The position numbers were made by a program, and so were the translations under genes. From IMG/VR virus record IMGVR_UViG_3300044233_001648, positions 1 through 29,944 of that record: a DNA stretch of 29,944 bases, one strand, 5' to 3'. The notes below the pieces were generated by a model that saw only the letters and a list, made by a program, of their open reading frames with translations, was not told the origin of the DNA and made no database searches. Shown here piece by piece: positions 9,768 through 18,370 of the stretch; the first letter of the stretch is position 1, and every line of letters begins with the position of its first letter. The stretch comes from a virus. Its lineage: Duplodnaviria > Caudoviricetes.

Positions 9768-10448
9768 ATGGCATATTTTGAAACAAAGTCAGGCAGTCTT
9801 GAGGAATCAATTCGTAAGGCTGTTGGTGAAAAACTTGTTGGGGGACAAAAGAAACTTGACAAAGATAAAGATGGAGACATTGATGGTAAAGACTTTGCAA
9901 TGTTAAGAAAAGATGCAAAGAAAAAAAAGGACGAAAGTGTCGATGAAGGTAAGATGAAACAAATGGCATCTCTTATTGATGATATTGCAAACGCAATGAA
10001 AAAAGATAAGATGATGAAATCATTTGCAGACAAGTTCGTAAAGGACGCACAAAAAACTCTAGACCCAAGGAAGTCACTAGAGAAGGTATTACCAGATTAT
10101 GTCCCTGGCAAAGATATTGCGAAACTGTTGAACATGGGTGAAAACTATGATATTGGCACACCAGAAAATACAATGGCAAAATTGGATGCAACTCCTGGCC
10201 AGTCACAAGATGATTGGCAACAACAAGTGGATACCATGCAAAAGAAAAATGCATCTATGAGAGAAACACTTGCTAAGATGTGGGGCATGGGAGAGGGTCA
10301 TAATCCTTTTAAGACAGAGGGTGGACATCTACCAAGTGAAAAGAAAAAAAAAGATGAAGATAAAACCATGACTGGTAAACCAATGACGAAAGTTAATATT
10401 GATCCAGATATGAAAGAAGTCAAAGTCGGAAAGAAGAATGTCAGGTAA
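9768..10448 (+). CDS. Hypothetical protein with an EF-hand-like DKDKDGDIDGKDF loop
   Basis: GAGGAG RBS and a DxDxDG motif near the N-terminus. Confidence 0.7.
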   Translation: MAYFETKSGSLEESIRKAVGEKLVGGQKKLDKDKDGDIDGKDFAMLRKDAKKKKDESVDEGKMKQMASLIDDIANAMKKDKMMKSFADKFVKDAQKTLDPRKSLEKVLPDYVPGKDIAKLLNMGENYDIGTPENTMAKLDATPGQSQDDWQQQVDTMQKKNASMRETLAKMWGMGEGHNPFKTEGGHLPSEKKKKDEDKTMTGKPMTKVNIDPDMKEVKVGKKNVR

Positions 10449-10969
10449 TGAAAAGTTTTTCAGATGTCTTAGAAGCCAAAGTCGCAACAGAGGACTTGCC
10501 TTCCATATACTGTGATATGGACATGGTTCTCTGCGACTTTATGAAAGCCGCAGATCATGTGGTAGGTGGTTCGTTTGTTCAGGCAGATAAAGTAGACAGA
10601 TGGAATAAGATAAGTAATACGAAAAACTTTTGGGCAAATCTAGAGTGGATGCCTGGGGCAAAAAGATTGTATTCATTCATCATAAAATATGATGCATACA
10701 TACTTTCTGCTTACTCAAAACGAGATGCAAACTCTCGGCCAGGCAAAATGAAGTGGTTACAAAGAACGGACTTCAAAAGGAGTAAAATACATTTGGTAAG
10801 AAGAGATCAGAAACAAGCATTTGCGAAAGATAGTGATGGTGAACCAAATGTTCTTATTGATGACTATATTAAAAACATAAAAGAGTGGGAAGCAAAAGGT
10901 GGCATAGGAATACATCATACATCAGTTCCCAAAACTATAAACGACTTGAAGCGTTTAGGTTTTAAATAA
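10448..10969 (+). CDS. HAD-superfamily 5'(3')-deoxyribonucleotidase-like phosphatase
   Basis: IYCDMDMVLCDF (DxD motif I), ILSA, and VLIDDYIKNIKEWEAKGGIGIHH C-terminal motif. Confidence 0.85.
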   Translation: MKSFSDVLEAKVATEDLPSIYCDMDMVLCDFMKAADHVVGGSFVQADKVDRWNKISNTKNFWANLEWMPGAKRLYSFIIKYDAYILSAYSKRDANSRPGKMKWLQRTDFKRSKIHLVRRDQKQAFAKDSDGEPNVLIDDYIKNIKEWEAKGGIGIHHTSVPKTINDLKRLGFK

Positions 10970-10970
10970 T

Positions 10971-10978
10971 TATAAATA
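10971..10978 (+). promoter_or_regulatory. T4-type late promoter TATAAATA
   Basis: Exact match upstream of the AGGAG RBS and ATG 11001. Confidence 0.8.
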
Positions 10979-11000
10979 ATAGTAAAATAAGGAGAGGAAA

Positions 11001-11888
11001 ATGCCTTTTGGAAAAAGTTTTAATGTAGTTTTGGAAAGTGCAAGTGAATCAGAAAATGATGCATTTCTACTACTAGATAGCACAGCAGATGGTGTTGACG
11101 TAGAGGACAGAGTTATTGCTGTCGATGCTAGTCAGTCTGAAGCTAAACCAACATATTTAACAGAACGTGCAAACGGAGACAGTGATTACGCAAAAGAGAA
11201 GGTAGTCGCAAATAGATCTGGTTGGGTGTTTACACCTGGCAATCCTAATTCTGGAAATGACAACAAGGGAGCACAACCAGAGGTTCTAGTTTGCAGTAGA
11301 AACTTGCAGAAGTCTATTGACGTTCCAACACCTACACATATTACTTTGGGTAGCACGACTGATAAGACAGCATTTTTCCCAGATGGAGATACGTTTACTG
11401 GGGCTGCATCATCATCACTTGGAGATGTGACTGCATACATTTACTTCAACGAACCAATCCATGTGACAGGCACACCACAACTGCAACTTAAACAAGCAAC
11501 TGCATTAGGTTCAAACTTTGGTACGATTATGGATTTCAACTCTAGTGTTTCAGTATTGTCTGAAGGTATCATGGCATTTTCACTACCAGCATCTGAAGAC
11601 ACTAGAACGTCAAATGTTACGAACAACACACTGGGTATCAACTCTGATGATGCAATCTCTTTGAACAGTGGAACGATTCAGAAACTTGTAGATGACGATA
11701 AAATCAGAATGGAGAGTGGAACAACTGCATTGGATGATACTGATGAACAAGACTCATTTATTCTACTTGATGGGACAGATAGTTCAAGTAGAGACTTGGG
11801 TGGTTTCTTAACTGGTGAAGGTGGTGTAGGTATGGCCGCAGATCTGACATTGACTGCTGATGCCGATGCAACCATGACTGTATCGTAA
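11001..11888 (+). CDS. Putative virion structural protein (acidic, Ser/Thr/Asp-rich, Ig-like segment)
   Basis: Late promoter. Contains YFNEPIHVTGTPQLQL beta-rich segment and two similar (F/I)LLD(S/G)T motifs. Confidence 0.55.
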   Translation: MPFGKSFNVVLESASESENDAFLLLDSTADGVDVEDRVIAVDASQSEAKPTYLTERANGDSDYAKEKVVANRSGWVFTPGNPNSGNDNKGAQPEVLVCSRNLQKSIDVPTPTHITLGSTTDKTAFFPDGDTFTGAASSSLGDVTAYIYFNEPIHVTGTPQLQLKQATALGSNFGTIMDFNSSVSVLSEGIMAFSLPASEDTRTSNVTNNTLGINSDDAISLNSGTIQKLVDDDKIRMESGTTALDDTDEQDSFILLDGTDSSSRDLGGFLTGEGGVGMAADLTLTADADATMTVS

Positions 11889-11895
11889 TTTTTTT

Positions 11896-11925
11896 TATAA
11901 ATACTCGTATAAAGTATTATAAATA
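11896..11925 (+). promoter_or_regulatory. Tandem late promoters TATAAATA (11896-11903 and 11918-11925)
   Basis: Two exact matches 22 bp apart in an intergenic region. Confidence 0.75.
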
Positions 11926-11952
11926 GTATATCATGTATGAAGTGAGGTGAAT

Positions 11953-12180
11953 ATGACTATTACTAAGAGTATGATAGAAGAAAGAATATCTGTTTTAGAC
12001 TCTGATATAAAAGAAGTAAACGGAAAACTACAGAGTTTAGAACAACAAAAAAATGAAGCTGTCGGAATGTTGAACGCACTTAATGGTGCAAGACAACAAT
12101 GCGAGAGTTTCTTAAAAGAGTTTAATGATGAAAAAGAGCCAGATGGCTCTGAAAGTGATGTGGGACTAGAATTAATCTAG
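11953..12180 (+). CDS. Small coiled-coil hypothetical protein
   Basis: GAGGTG RBS before ATG 11953 and a heptad-like pattern. Confidence 0.7.
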   Translation: MTITKSMIEERISVLDSDIKEVNGKLQSLEQQKNEAVGMLNALNGARQQCESFLKEFNDEKEPDGSESDVGLELI

Positions 12181-12240
12181 ATAATGCCCACAGTAACATT
12201 CCCATAATTTTGTGGGTTTAGATAAACTAGGAGAAGCCAA

Positions 12241-12711
12241 ATGGCCGATAAGAAGATTACCGCCTTGACAGACCTTTCAACAGGTATTGCTGGTGCTGAT
12301 TTGCTCCACGTTGTGGACGATCCAACAGGTACACCTATCAATAAGAAGGTGTCTGTCACTAACTTTGTTAACAACCTTCCTTCATTTATTGGATTTTCAA
12401 ATTCAATCGAAGATATTTCTGACGGAACACAGACTGCAATTTCAGTATCAACTGCTGTTACTCTGTTGCAAACTGCTGGTTCTAACGCAACAACTCTTGC
12501 AAACGGAACTGTTCAAGGTCAGATCAAGATCATCGTGAATGATCAAGACGGTGGAACATCAGAGTTGACCCCACAGTCACGTTTGGGTTATGCCAACATT
12601 GACTTTGTTGACGATGGTGACGCAGTGATTTGTATGTGGACTGGTACTGCATGGGCAGTTCTTGCTTCTAACAAAGTTGCTACTGATATGGGTATCGTTG
12701 ACGTAGCCTAA
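12241..12711 (+). CDS. Putative virion structural or fibre-associated protein
   Basis: [13 protein letters not shown]-terminus typical of phage fibre-like proteins, Thr/Gly/Val-rich, strong AGGAG RBS, followed by a terminator. Confidence 0.6.
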   Translation: MADKKITALTDLSTGIAGADLLHVVDDPTGTPINKKVSVTNFVNNLPSFIGFSNSIEDISDGTQTAISVSTAVTLLQTAGSNATTLANGTVQGQIKIIVNDQDGGTSELTPQSRLGYANIDFVDDGDAVICMWTGTAWAVLASNKVATDMGIVDVA

Positions 12712-12739
12712 TCTTAGTAGATTGCGAATACCTAAATAT

Positions 12740-12771
12740 AGGGGAGAGGGGCTTAACTCTCTCCCCTTTTT
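12740..12771 (+). terminator. Rho-independent terminator
   Basis: AGGGGAGAG...CTCTCCCCT stem followed by a T run. Confidence 0.85.
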
Positions 12772-12789
12772 AGATTAAGGAATGGGATA

Positions 12790-13233
12790 ATGGAATCATT
12801 TAAAAAGTTTGTATCTGAAGCATCAGTATATCATTCTGTCGAACACCCAAACAACTTAGGTGGTAGTCTGGAAATCAACACAGCACAGTTGAGTGATCCA
12901 GCGGTTCGCAGAAGATTAAATGCTGTTGTTGGTCAAATAGGGAACGCAGAGTACTTAGTTCCAGAACACGCAGTACATAGATTGAGAGGAACTCTTAATA
13001 AGATCGGTTTATCTTTTCCATCAACACCAGTATTTGAGGGACAAAGTGGTTCATTTGATTTACCACTATCTTTGTTTGGTGGTCGTTTTGGTAAAGATGA
13101 AAACACACCATATGATGAGTTTGTAAATGATGATGGGATTTCTAACCAAGTGGAAGGTGGTCTAAGTTTGAAGATTGAGTATGAGATGATGCCTAGAAAT
13201 CAATCGTGTAGAGTTTACGCCAGTATATCATAA
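12790..13233 (+). CDS. Hypothetical protein with a capsid-targeting-like N-terminus (MESFKKFVSE)
   Basis: 147-aa ORF whose stop overlaps the next start (TAATG). Confidence 0.75.
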   Translation: MESFKKFVSEASVYHSVEHPNNLGGSLEINTAQLSDPAVRRRLNAVVGQIGNAEYLVPEHAVHRLRGTLNKIGLSFPSTPVFEGQSGSFDLPLSLFGGRFGKDENTPYDEFVNDDGISNQVEGGLSLKIEYEMMPRNQSCRVYASIS

Positions 13234-13595
13234 TGTACGAAAAAATAACACCAAGCAATGTGTTGATGTATGCGATTAGAAATTACAACAATCCACACTG
13301 TGAGGGTGAAAAAGAATTTGAGGATGATCTTAAAAGGTTTAAGTATATTAAACGACTTTTAAGAAAATACCATGATACCGATGTTTTGAAAGAAAGATTA
13401 TTATTAAATCATATCATAGTATTAAACAATGTCTTTGGTGCAGATGCTTGTTCTACTTTGTTATTATATAAAATCCAACCAGAGTACTGGCCTGCACTTA
13501 AATCATTTCTAATATATCTAAATATATTAAGAAATGATGAACTAAAAGACATAAACAAAGACGAAAAAGTTTTTGAGACATTAAGGAAACTATAA
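13233..13595 (+). CDS. Conserved T4-like hypothetical protein
   Basis: YNNPHC...EFEDDLKRFKYIKRLL...ERLLLNHIIVLNNVFG pattern recognisable from T4-like phages. Confidence 0.8.
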   Translation: MYEKITPSNVLMYAIRNYNNPHCEGEKEFEDDLKRFKYIKRLLRKYHDTDVLKERLLLNHIIVLNNVFGADACSTLLLYKIQPEYWPALKSFLIYLNILRNDELKDINKDEKVFETLRKL

Positions 13596-14212
13596 TGGGA
13601 AGGGCGATTGATTTATTTGTTACCTACAGATTTCTAAAGTTGTTAACGACACCTTTTGAAAAACAGGATGCTTTTAAGTTGGGTATCATTGATGCAGATG
13701 GTAATCGTATTAGACAACCAAAATCCACTCGCCCAGCAGTAGAACTCTCCACAACTGAACTTAAAAACTCATATACAATCCTACATAAATTAGTTTTTAA
13801 TATTAAAAAAATATTTGCAAAAGTGCCTGGTTTAAGAACCAAGGTTGGTACTTATGCAGCTGCACTTTTTTTATTAAAAGATACGTTCAAAGAATCTGTT
13901 GATGATCCAGATGTATTTGAAAAGGAGTTTATGAAATATCTCAAAGAACAAGGTATGGAACTGGATAATGAGATATCAGAAGAAGTTATAGGGTTTGGTG
14001 AGGTATTACCTAAAGGAAACTATGTTCTAGTTAACGATATACTAAATAAGGAAGAGGAAGAATTGTCTGCAAAGAAAGGTGACAAAGTAATCGCATTTGC
14101 AGATGAAGCTCCAATAGATACTGTTTTGGGTGTTGACATTTTCCCAGTGGTTCATGTTAAAACTCAAGAAAAAATATATGTAAGCTTGGAGGATATTAAA
14201 GATGACAATTAG
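13595..14212 (+). CDS. Conserved T4-like hypothetical protein
   Basis: YRFLKLLTTPFEKQDAFKLGIIDADG...LVFNIKK...YAAALFLLK pattern. Translationally coupled to the upstream gene. Confidence 0.8.
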   Translation: MGRAIDLFVTYRFLKLLTTPFEKQDAFKLGIIDADGNRIRQPKSTRPAVELSTTELKNSYTILHKLVFNIKKIFAKVPGLRTKVGTYAAALFLLKDTFKESVDDPDVFEKEFMKYLKEQGMELDNEISEEVIGFGEVLPKGNYVLVNDILNKEEEELSAKKGDKVIAFADEAPIDTVLGVDIFPVVHVKTQEKIYVSLEDIKDDN

Positions 14213-14705
14213 TTGGAAAGAAGTAAGTCCTTATAGTGGACAGCCTGTAGAGGAAGATGCACCTACCAACTTTGCTGGTCAAGGTAGTGGTGTTGCAATG
14301 CCTCCAGATGCGATGATGAAAAAGAAAAAAAGATTACTTGACGCAAGGACAAAAGCATACAGACAACACAGAGAAAAACTTGATCGTGCAAGAGCAAGAA
14401 GGGCAGAACAAAAATCTAAACTTTCACAAAAGGTTCAAGAAAACACTATGGACTTCAATCGTGAAGTTTATCTTGAAGAAAACAACATGAACGTCTTAAA
14501 AGATATCGTAGTGAAGAAACAAATGAAACCAGTGAAGTTTAAGGATGGCACTATGAAAGTAGATATGTTTACTGCATCTGCAATCACACAAGTCTATAAT
14601 AAAGTAAATATGGACAATAAGAAAAAACTTGAAAAGATGGTAAACGGAACTAAAGGTCAGTTCATGGCTCTTCAGAATAAAGTTATGAAGATGGTTGGAA
14701 AGTAG
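14202..14705 (+). CDS. Hypothetical protein
   Basis: GGAGG RBS, EEDAPTN motif and a basic C-terminal module (KFKDGTMKVDMFTASAI). Confidence 0.75.
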   Translation: MTISWKEVSPYSGQPVEEDAPTNFAGQGSGVAMPPDAMMKKKKRLLDARTKAYRQHREKLDRARARRAEQKSKLSQKVQENTMDFNREVYLEENNMNVLKDIVVKKQMKPVKFKDGTMKVDMFTASAITQVYNKVNMDNKKKLEKMVNGTKGQFMALQNKVMKMVGK

Positions 14706-14712
14706 TTTTCCC

Positions 14713-15543
14713 ATGAAAACCTTTTTAACATTTCACGAAAATTCCTATGGTTACAGTTTCGGTGTAATGAAACCTGTTGCCGATTTAAAAGCAAAGAACA
14801 ATCCCAGAATACCTAGAAAAAAAGGTCAACCAGCCGGTTCTGACAAACACTCCGATCTATACACAGATGAAAATCCAAAAGGAACTATTCACGGACTTGG
14901 TTTCAAAGATGTCAAGACTGCAAAGGCAAGTGTGAAAAAGATTGAGGGTTCTGGTAAATCTCATGCACATAAGATACAGGCAGCAATCGCAATGGAACAA
15001 CGTGCGAGGGTGATGGGTAAAACACAAGAGGCCGCAGTGTATCGTGCATACATTGAGAAGATGAAAAAGATTACCAAGCAACGACAGGTAAAGGAAAGTG
15101 TGCATGATTCAAAATGTCCACCAGGCTACAAGTATGATAAAAAGTTAAGGTCGTGTGTTCCTAAAAGTGGCTTTGTTTATGCATATCCATTCTTTGGTAG
15201 ATCAAAAGATACGTCAAATCAAAGTGGTCAAAATGCACAGGGATCGAATGGTCAGAGTGGCAATGGTCAAACTGGTAATGGTAATGGTAACGGAAACGGT
15301 GCTGGTAACGGTAATGGTGCTGGTGCTGGTAACGGACAGAACACTGGTGAAAGATATTTAGCAGCAGATGTTAGAAAGATGCCTGATGGTGGTTATGGTG
15401 TTTATGCAGATAAGTTTGTAAAAGGTAAGAGAGTTAAGTTGCCTAGTGGTAAACACGCAAAAGAACTGAAGAAAGTTTACAAAAACGAAAAAGATGCAAA
15501 TGATTATATGGCTGCGATTATGATCGCAAAAGGGGGTGGATGA
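14713..15543 (+). CDS. Modular hypothetical protein with capsid-targeting-like start and a Gly-Asn low-complexity tract
   Basis: MKTFLTFHE start. Modules PRIPRKKGQ...HSDLYTDENPKGTIHGLGFKD, CPPGYKYDKKLRSC, and GNGNG repeats. Confidence 0.75.
   Translation: MKTFLTFHENSYGYSFGVMKPVADLKAKNNPRIPRKKGQPAGSDKHSDLYTDENPKGTIHGLGFKDVKTAKASVKKIEGSGKSHAHKIQAAIAMEQRARVMGKTQEAAVYRAYIEKMKKITKQRQVKESVHDSKCPPGYKYDKKLRSCVPKSGFVYAYPFFGRSKDTSNQSGQNAQGSNGQSGNGQTGNGNGNGNGAGNGNGAGAGNGQNTGERYLAADVRKMPDGGYGVYADKFVKGKRVKLPSGKHAKELKKVYKNEKDANDYMAAIMIAKGGG
15241..15345 (+). repeat. In-frame Gly/Asn low-complexity repeat (GGTAAY/GGTGCT units)
   Basis: Encodes GSNGQSGNGQTGNGNGNGNGAGNGNGAGAGNGQN. Confidence 0.8.
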
Positions 15544-15842
15544 TGAAAACATTCAAACAGATGTATTATGAGGATGGTCATACAGCAGTTGCAAAAACTA
15601 ATACTGCACAGAAAAGAGAGTTAGATAGACTCAAAATAAAACATGACAGAGAAGATGATAGGGCAAGAACTCAAGATGCTGCAAGAAAAAATCAGCAGAC
15701 AGAGGCACCATCTCTCGCAGTTTTAAAAAAGAAAATAAAGTCTGGAACTAAATTAGGTTCTACTGAAACTGCAAGTGCAAAGGCAAGAGGTTTAATACCA
15801 CGAGCTGACGGAACTAAAAGGAAGTCAGACAAATACAAGTAA
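15540..15842 (+). CDS. Small basic hypothetical protein with a capsid-targeting-like N-terminus (MKTFKQMYYE)
   Basis: ATGA overlap with the upstream stop. Confidence 0.75.
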   Translation: MMKTFKQMYYEDGHTAVAKTNTAQKRELDRLKIKHDREDDRARTQDAARKNQQTEAPSLAVLKKKIKSGTKLGSTETASAKARGLIPRADGTKRKSDKYK

Positions 15843-15853
15843 AGGAGAGTCAA

Positions 15854-16015
15854 ATGATGAACTGGATTAAAAACAGAGTAAAAGAAAGAACATCATGGGA
15901 TGGTGCAATGTGTATTGCACTTGGTTTAATGATTCTATTCATGGCACCACTCGCAAAGATTGCTGCTGGTGTTGCAATTGCGTGGGGTGTTTGGACTATT
16001 TGGAAATCTGAATAA
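15854..16015 (+). CDS. 53-aa two-TM membrane protein, holin candidate (not in ORF track)
   Basis: AGGAG RBS. MMNWIKNRVKERTSWDGAMCIALGLMILFMAPLAKIAAGVAIAWGVWTIWKSE. Lies just upstream of the spanin pair. Confidence 0.7.
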   Translation: MMNWIKNRVKERTSWDGAMCIALGLMILFMAPLAKIAAGVAIAWGVWTIWKSE

Positions 16016-16029
16016 GTTAGGAAAAAATA

Positions 16030-16251
16030 ATGGCTGAAGAAAAGAAAAATGGTGTCGTTGTAAAAGACGATCATAACGAATTTGAATTGATGTTAAGATT
16101 TTTCGGTAATGAAATACTTGCGATTAAACTATCAGCATCAAACTTTAATGGTAAACTAATCATGTGGGGAATCATGATCATGTTATTCACTTTCATGTTG
16201 ATGGAAGTATTTGGATTTAGTGCATGGTTGGGAATTGATTCTGGTATGTAG
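16030..16251 (+). CDS. Small membrane protein
   Basis: AGGA RBS and a C-terminal hydrophobic stretch LIMWGIMIMLFTFMLMEVFGFSAWL. Confidence 0.7.
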   Translation: MAEEKKNGVVVKDDHNEFELMLRFFGNEILAIKLSASNFNGKLIMWGIMIMLFTFMLMEVFGFSAWLGIDSGM

Positions 16252-16259
16252 GTGAGGTT

Positions 16260-16634
16260 ATGACAAGAGTATACATTCTAATTTTCATTCTATTCATTCT
16301 TGGTGGTATAGGATATGGTGCGTATTATATTTACAATGATACTATGCAACGTATGGCTGTGTTACGAGAGAATAATGCAAAATTAGAAGTTGCTCTTGAC
16401 AGTAAGGATGCTGTGATTGAAGAGTTACAAAACAATATGCAGAAACAAATTGAGTTATCAAATGAACTCAATACAAAACTTGCGGCTGCAGAAAAAGAAA
16501 ATACAAAAATTAGAGATAAACTTGCAGAGGGTAATTTAGTTGCAGATAGTCTCAAAGACCCTAAAGTTATGGAACAAAAAATAAATGAAGAAGTCAGTAA
16601 TATATTTGGCACTCTTAGTGACTCTACTAAGTAG
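16260..16634 (+). CDS. Putative i-spanin (Rz-like)
   Basis: N-terminal TM helix followed by a long coiled coil. The 3' end overlaps a lipoprotein gene. Confidence 0.7.
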   Translation: MTRVYILIFILFILGGIGYGAYYIYNDTMQRMAVLRENNAKLEVALDSKDAVIEELQNNMQKQIELSNELNTKLAAAEKENTKIRDKLAEGNLVADSLKDPKVMEQKINEEVSNIFGTLSDSTK

Positions 16635-16965
16635 TTGCTCTTGGAAACCAGAAAAAGAGGTAGTAACAGTTGACAGAATTGTTAAACCTACAATTGCTAT
16701 TGTACCAAGACCAAGATCAGTGGAGTTTGATGAACTAAAGGTTAAGGTCATTACTGAAGCAAACGTACAAGAAGTCATTGAGGAAATGAAAACTAATCAA
16801 GGACAATTTCTTGTTTATGCTCTTGACCCAGTGACATTTAAAAATTTAGCAGTTGGTATAGAAGAGATAAAAAGATATATACAACAACAGAAAGATATAA
16901 TCATCTACTACGAAAAGGCGGTGGCAGATGATGAAAATACTAAGATACCTGTCGGGGAGAACTGA
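16585..16965 (+). CDS. Putative o-spanin (Rz1-like lipoprotein)
   Basis: Signal peptide MKKSVIYLALLVTLLSS-C lipobox, a Pro-containing segment and a helical C-terminus. Overlaps the i-spanin by 50 bp in another frame. Confidence 0.7.
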   Translation: MKKSVIYLALLVTLLSSCSWKPEKEVVTVDRIVKPTIAIVPRPRSVEFDELKVKVITEANVQEVIEEMKTNQGQFLVYALDPVTFKNLAVGIEEIKRYIQQQKDIIIYYEKAVADDENTKIPVGEN

Positions 16966-16966
16966 A

Positions 16967-17479
16967 ATGGCAAAATTTGATTCATTGATGAAGGCAACAT
17001 TTAATCCACCTAGAAACTGGAAATTGTTAGAGGACTTAAAATTTTATTCAGAAAACATTACTGAAGAACAAGCAAAGATGTTAAGAGAATGTGAAGTAGA
17101 AGTTCGTAATTCTACAAAGACAAACCAGTATATTGTTACTGTACCAAAAGGTTATATCACAGATATGGCATCTGTACCAAGAGCGTGCTGGGCATTTATT
17201 GCACCATTTGATGTTGCAAGAGCAGCTGTTATACATGATATCCTATATGAAAAAATCAATACCCAATACAAAGCAGTCCATGAATCTGCTGCAGCAGAAG
17301 AGGGGCCTGCAACCAAGAAAGAAAGAGAGTCATATCGTAAGATTGCAGATGATGTTTTCTTAGAGGGTATGCACGCCTCTGAACCACCAGTTCCAGCATG
17401 GAAAAAATATGCGGCATATTACGCAGTTAGAATGTTTGGTCGTTGGGCAATCAACAATAGTGTAAAAAGAGAAGTGTAG
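16967..17479 (+). CDS. DUF1353-like protein
   Basis: VPKGYITDMASVPR, AAVIHDILY, AD.VFLE.M and YYAVRMFG motifs. GGGGAG RBS favours ATG 16967. Confidence 0.8.
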   Translation: MAKFDSLMKATFNPPRNWKLLEDLKFYSENITEEQAKMLRECEVEVRNSTKTNQYIVTVPKGYITDMASVPRACWAFIAPFDVARAAVIHDILYEKINTQYKAVHESAAAEEGPATKKERESYRKIADDVFLEGMHASEPPVPAWKKYAAYYAVRMFGRWAINNSVKREV

Positions 17480-17487
17480 GTAAACAA

Positions 17488-17754
17488 ATGTGGTTTTGGG
17501 TCGTTAGTAATATTGCAGGCAGTCTGTTAGGTGCAGCTTCAACAAAATGGATCAAAGATACCAAGGTTGGTATTTGGGGTTACAAGAAGTTTGAGGACAT
17601 TGCAAACTGGGCTCAAGAAAGATATGGTATTGATATTCTAGATAAAGAAGATATTGCGTGGAAAACAAAATATCCAAAAGTTGCGAAAAAGATTGACGAA
17701 TTGGAACGAAGATTGCATAATATAGAAGAACGTCATACAGATGACGACAGATAA
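17488..17754 (+). CDS. Hypothetical protein
   Basis: 88-aa ORF following the operon, with an AGG RBS. Confidence 0.7.
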   Translation: MWFWVVSNIAGSLLGAASTKWIKDTKVGIWGYKKFEDIANWAQERYGIDILDKEDIAWKTKYPKVAKKIDELERRLHNIEERHTDDDR

Positions 17755-17790
17755 CGTCAAATATATAATTGTATCAAAATTTTGACATCA

Positions 17791-17798
17791 TATAAATA
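17791..17798 (+). promoter_or_regulatory. T4-type late promoter TATAAATA
   Basis: Exact intergenic match. Confidence 0.75.
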
Positions 17799-17824
17799 GT
17801 AATAGAACTATGGTCGGAGATGAA

Positions 17825-18370
17825 ATGAACAAATTCATATTCGCCGTTCTTTTTGTAATGTCTATAGTGTCAACGGCATATTCACAGACAGTTGTAGATA
17901 CAACTACGAAATCAACGAGTGAGGTTGAGACAGAGGGTAGGACAATCGTAATTAGTCCACCACCATCTGCAATCTCACCAAGTGTTGGTTCGTCAACCTC
18001 TGACCTTTGTATGGCAGGGGTATCTGGTGCAGTGCAAACACAAATCTTAGGTATTTCAAGTGGTGAAATGGTAAGAGATGAAAACTGTGAACGTCTAAAA
18101 ATCTCAAAGACATTGTATGACATGGGTATGAAAGTTGCCGCAGTATCAGTTCTATGTCAAGATCGTAGAGTATATGATGCCATGGAGATGGCAGGGACAC
18201 CTTGTCCGTTTCTTGGAAAGATTGGTGATCAGGCAACTGATGAGTGGAAAGCAAATCCACACAGAATACCAGTTACAGAAGAAATGGAGACAAAAGAAGA
18301 TGTTCAGAAACGTAATGCAGCAGTTGCTGCTGGTGGTCTTTCTCTCGCACTCTTACTGCTCCTTCTCTAA
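17825..18370 (+). CDS. Signal-peptide-bearing, Cys-containing protein with a C-terminal hydrophobic anchor
   Basis: GGAG RBS, signal peptide MNKFIFAVLFVMSIVSTAYS, motifs SPPPSAISP, DENCERLK and MAGTPCP, and C-terminal GLSLALLLLLL. Confidence 0.75.
   Translation: MNKFIFAVLFVMSIVSTAYSQTVVDTTTKSTSEVETEGRTIVISPPPSAISPSVGSSTSDLCMAGVSGAVQTQILGISSGEMVRDENCERLKISKTLYDMGMKVAAVSVLCQDRRVYDAMEMAGTPCPFLGKIGDQATDEWKANPHRIPVTEEMETKEDVQKRNAAVAAGGLSLALLLLLL

Noticed and set aside
12186-12217. Short inverted repeat CCCACA...TGTGGG upstream of the 12241 gene
   Set aside because: Only a 6-7 bp stem with a long loop, too weak to call a terminator or RNA element.
12730-12738. ACCTAAATA as a variant late promoter
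   Set aside because: It is an imperfect match lying directly before a terminator hairpin, so it cannot be supported from sequence alone.
18135-18299. Extended N-terminus of the 584-aa ORF
   Set aside because: It overlaps the upstream gene extensively. A signal-peptide-like start at 18300 or 18315 is more plausible.
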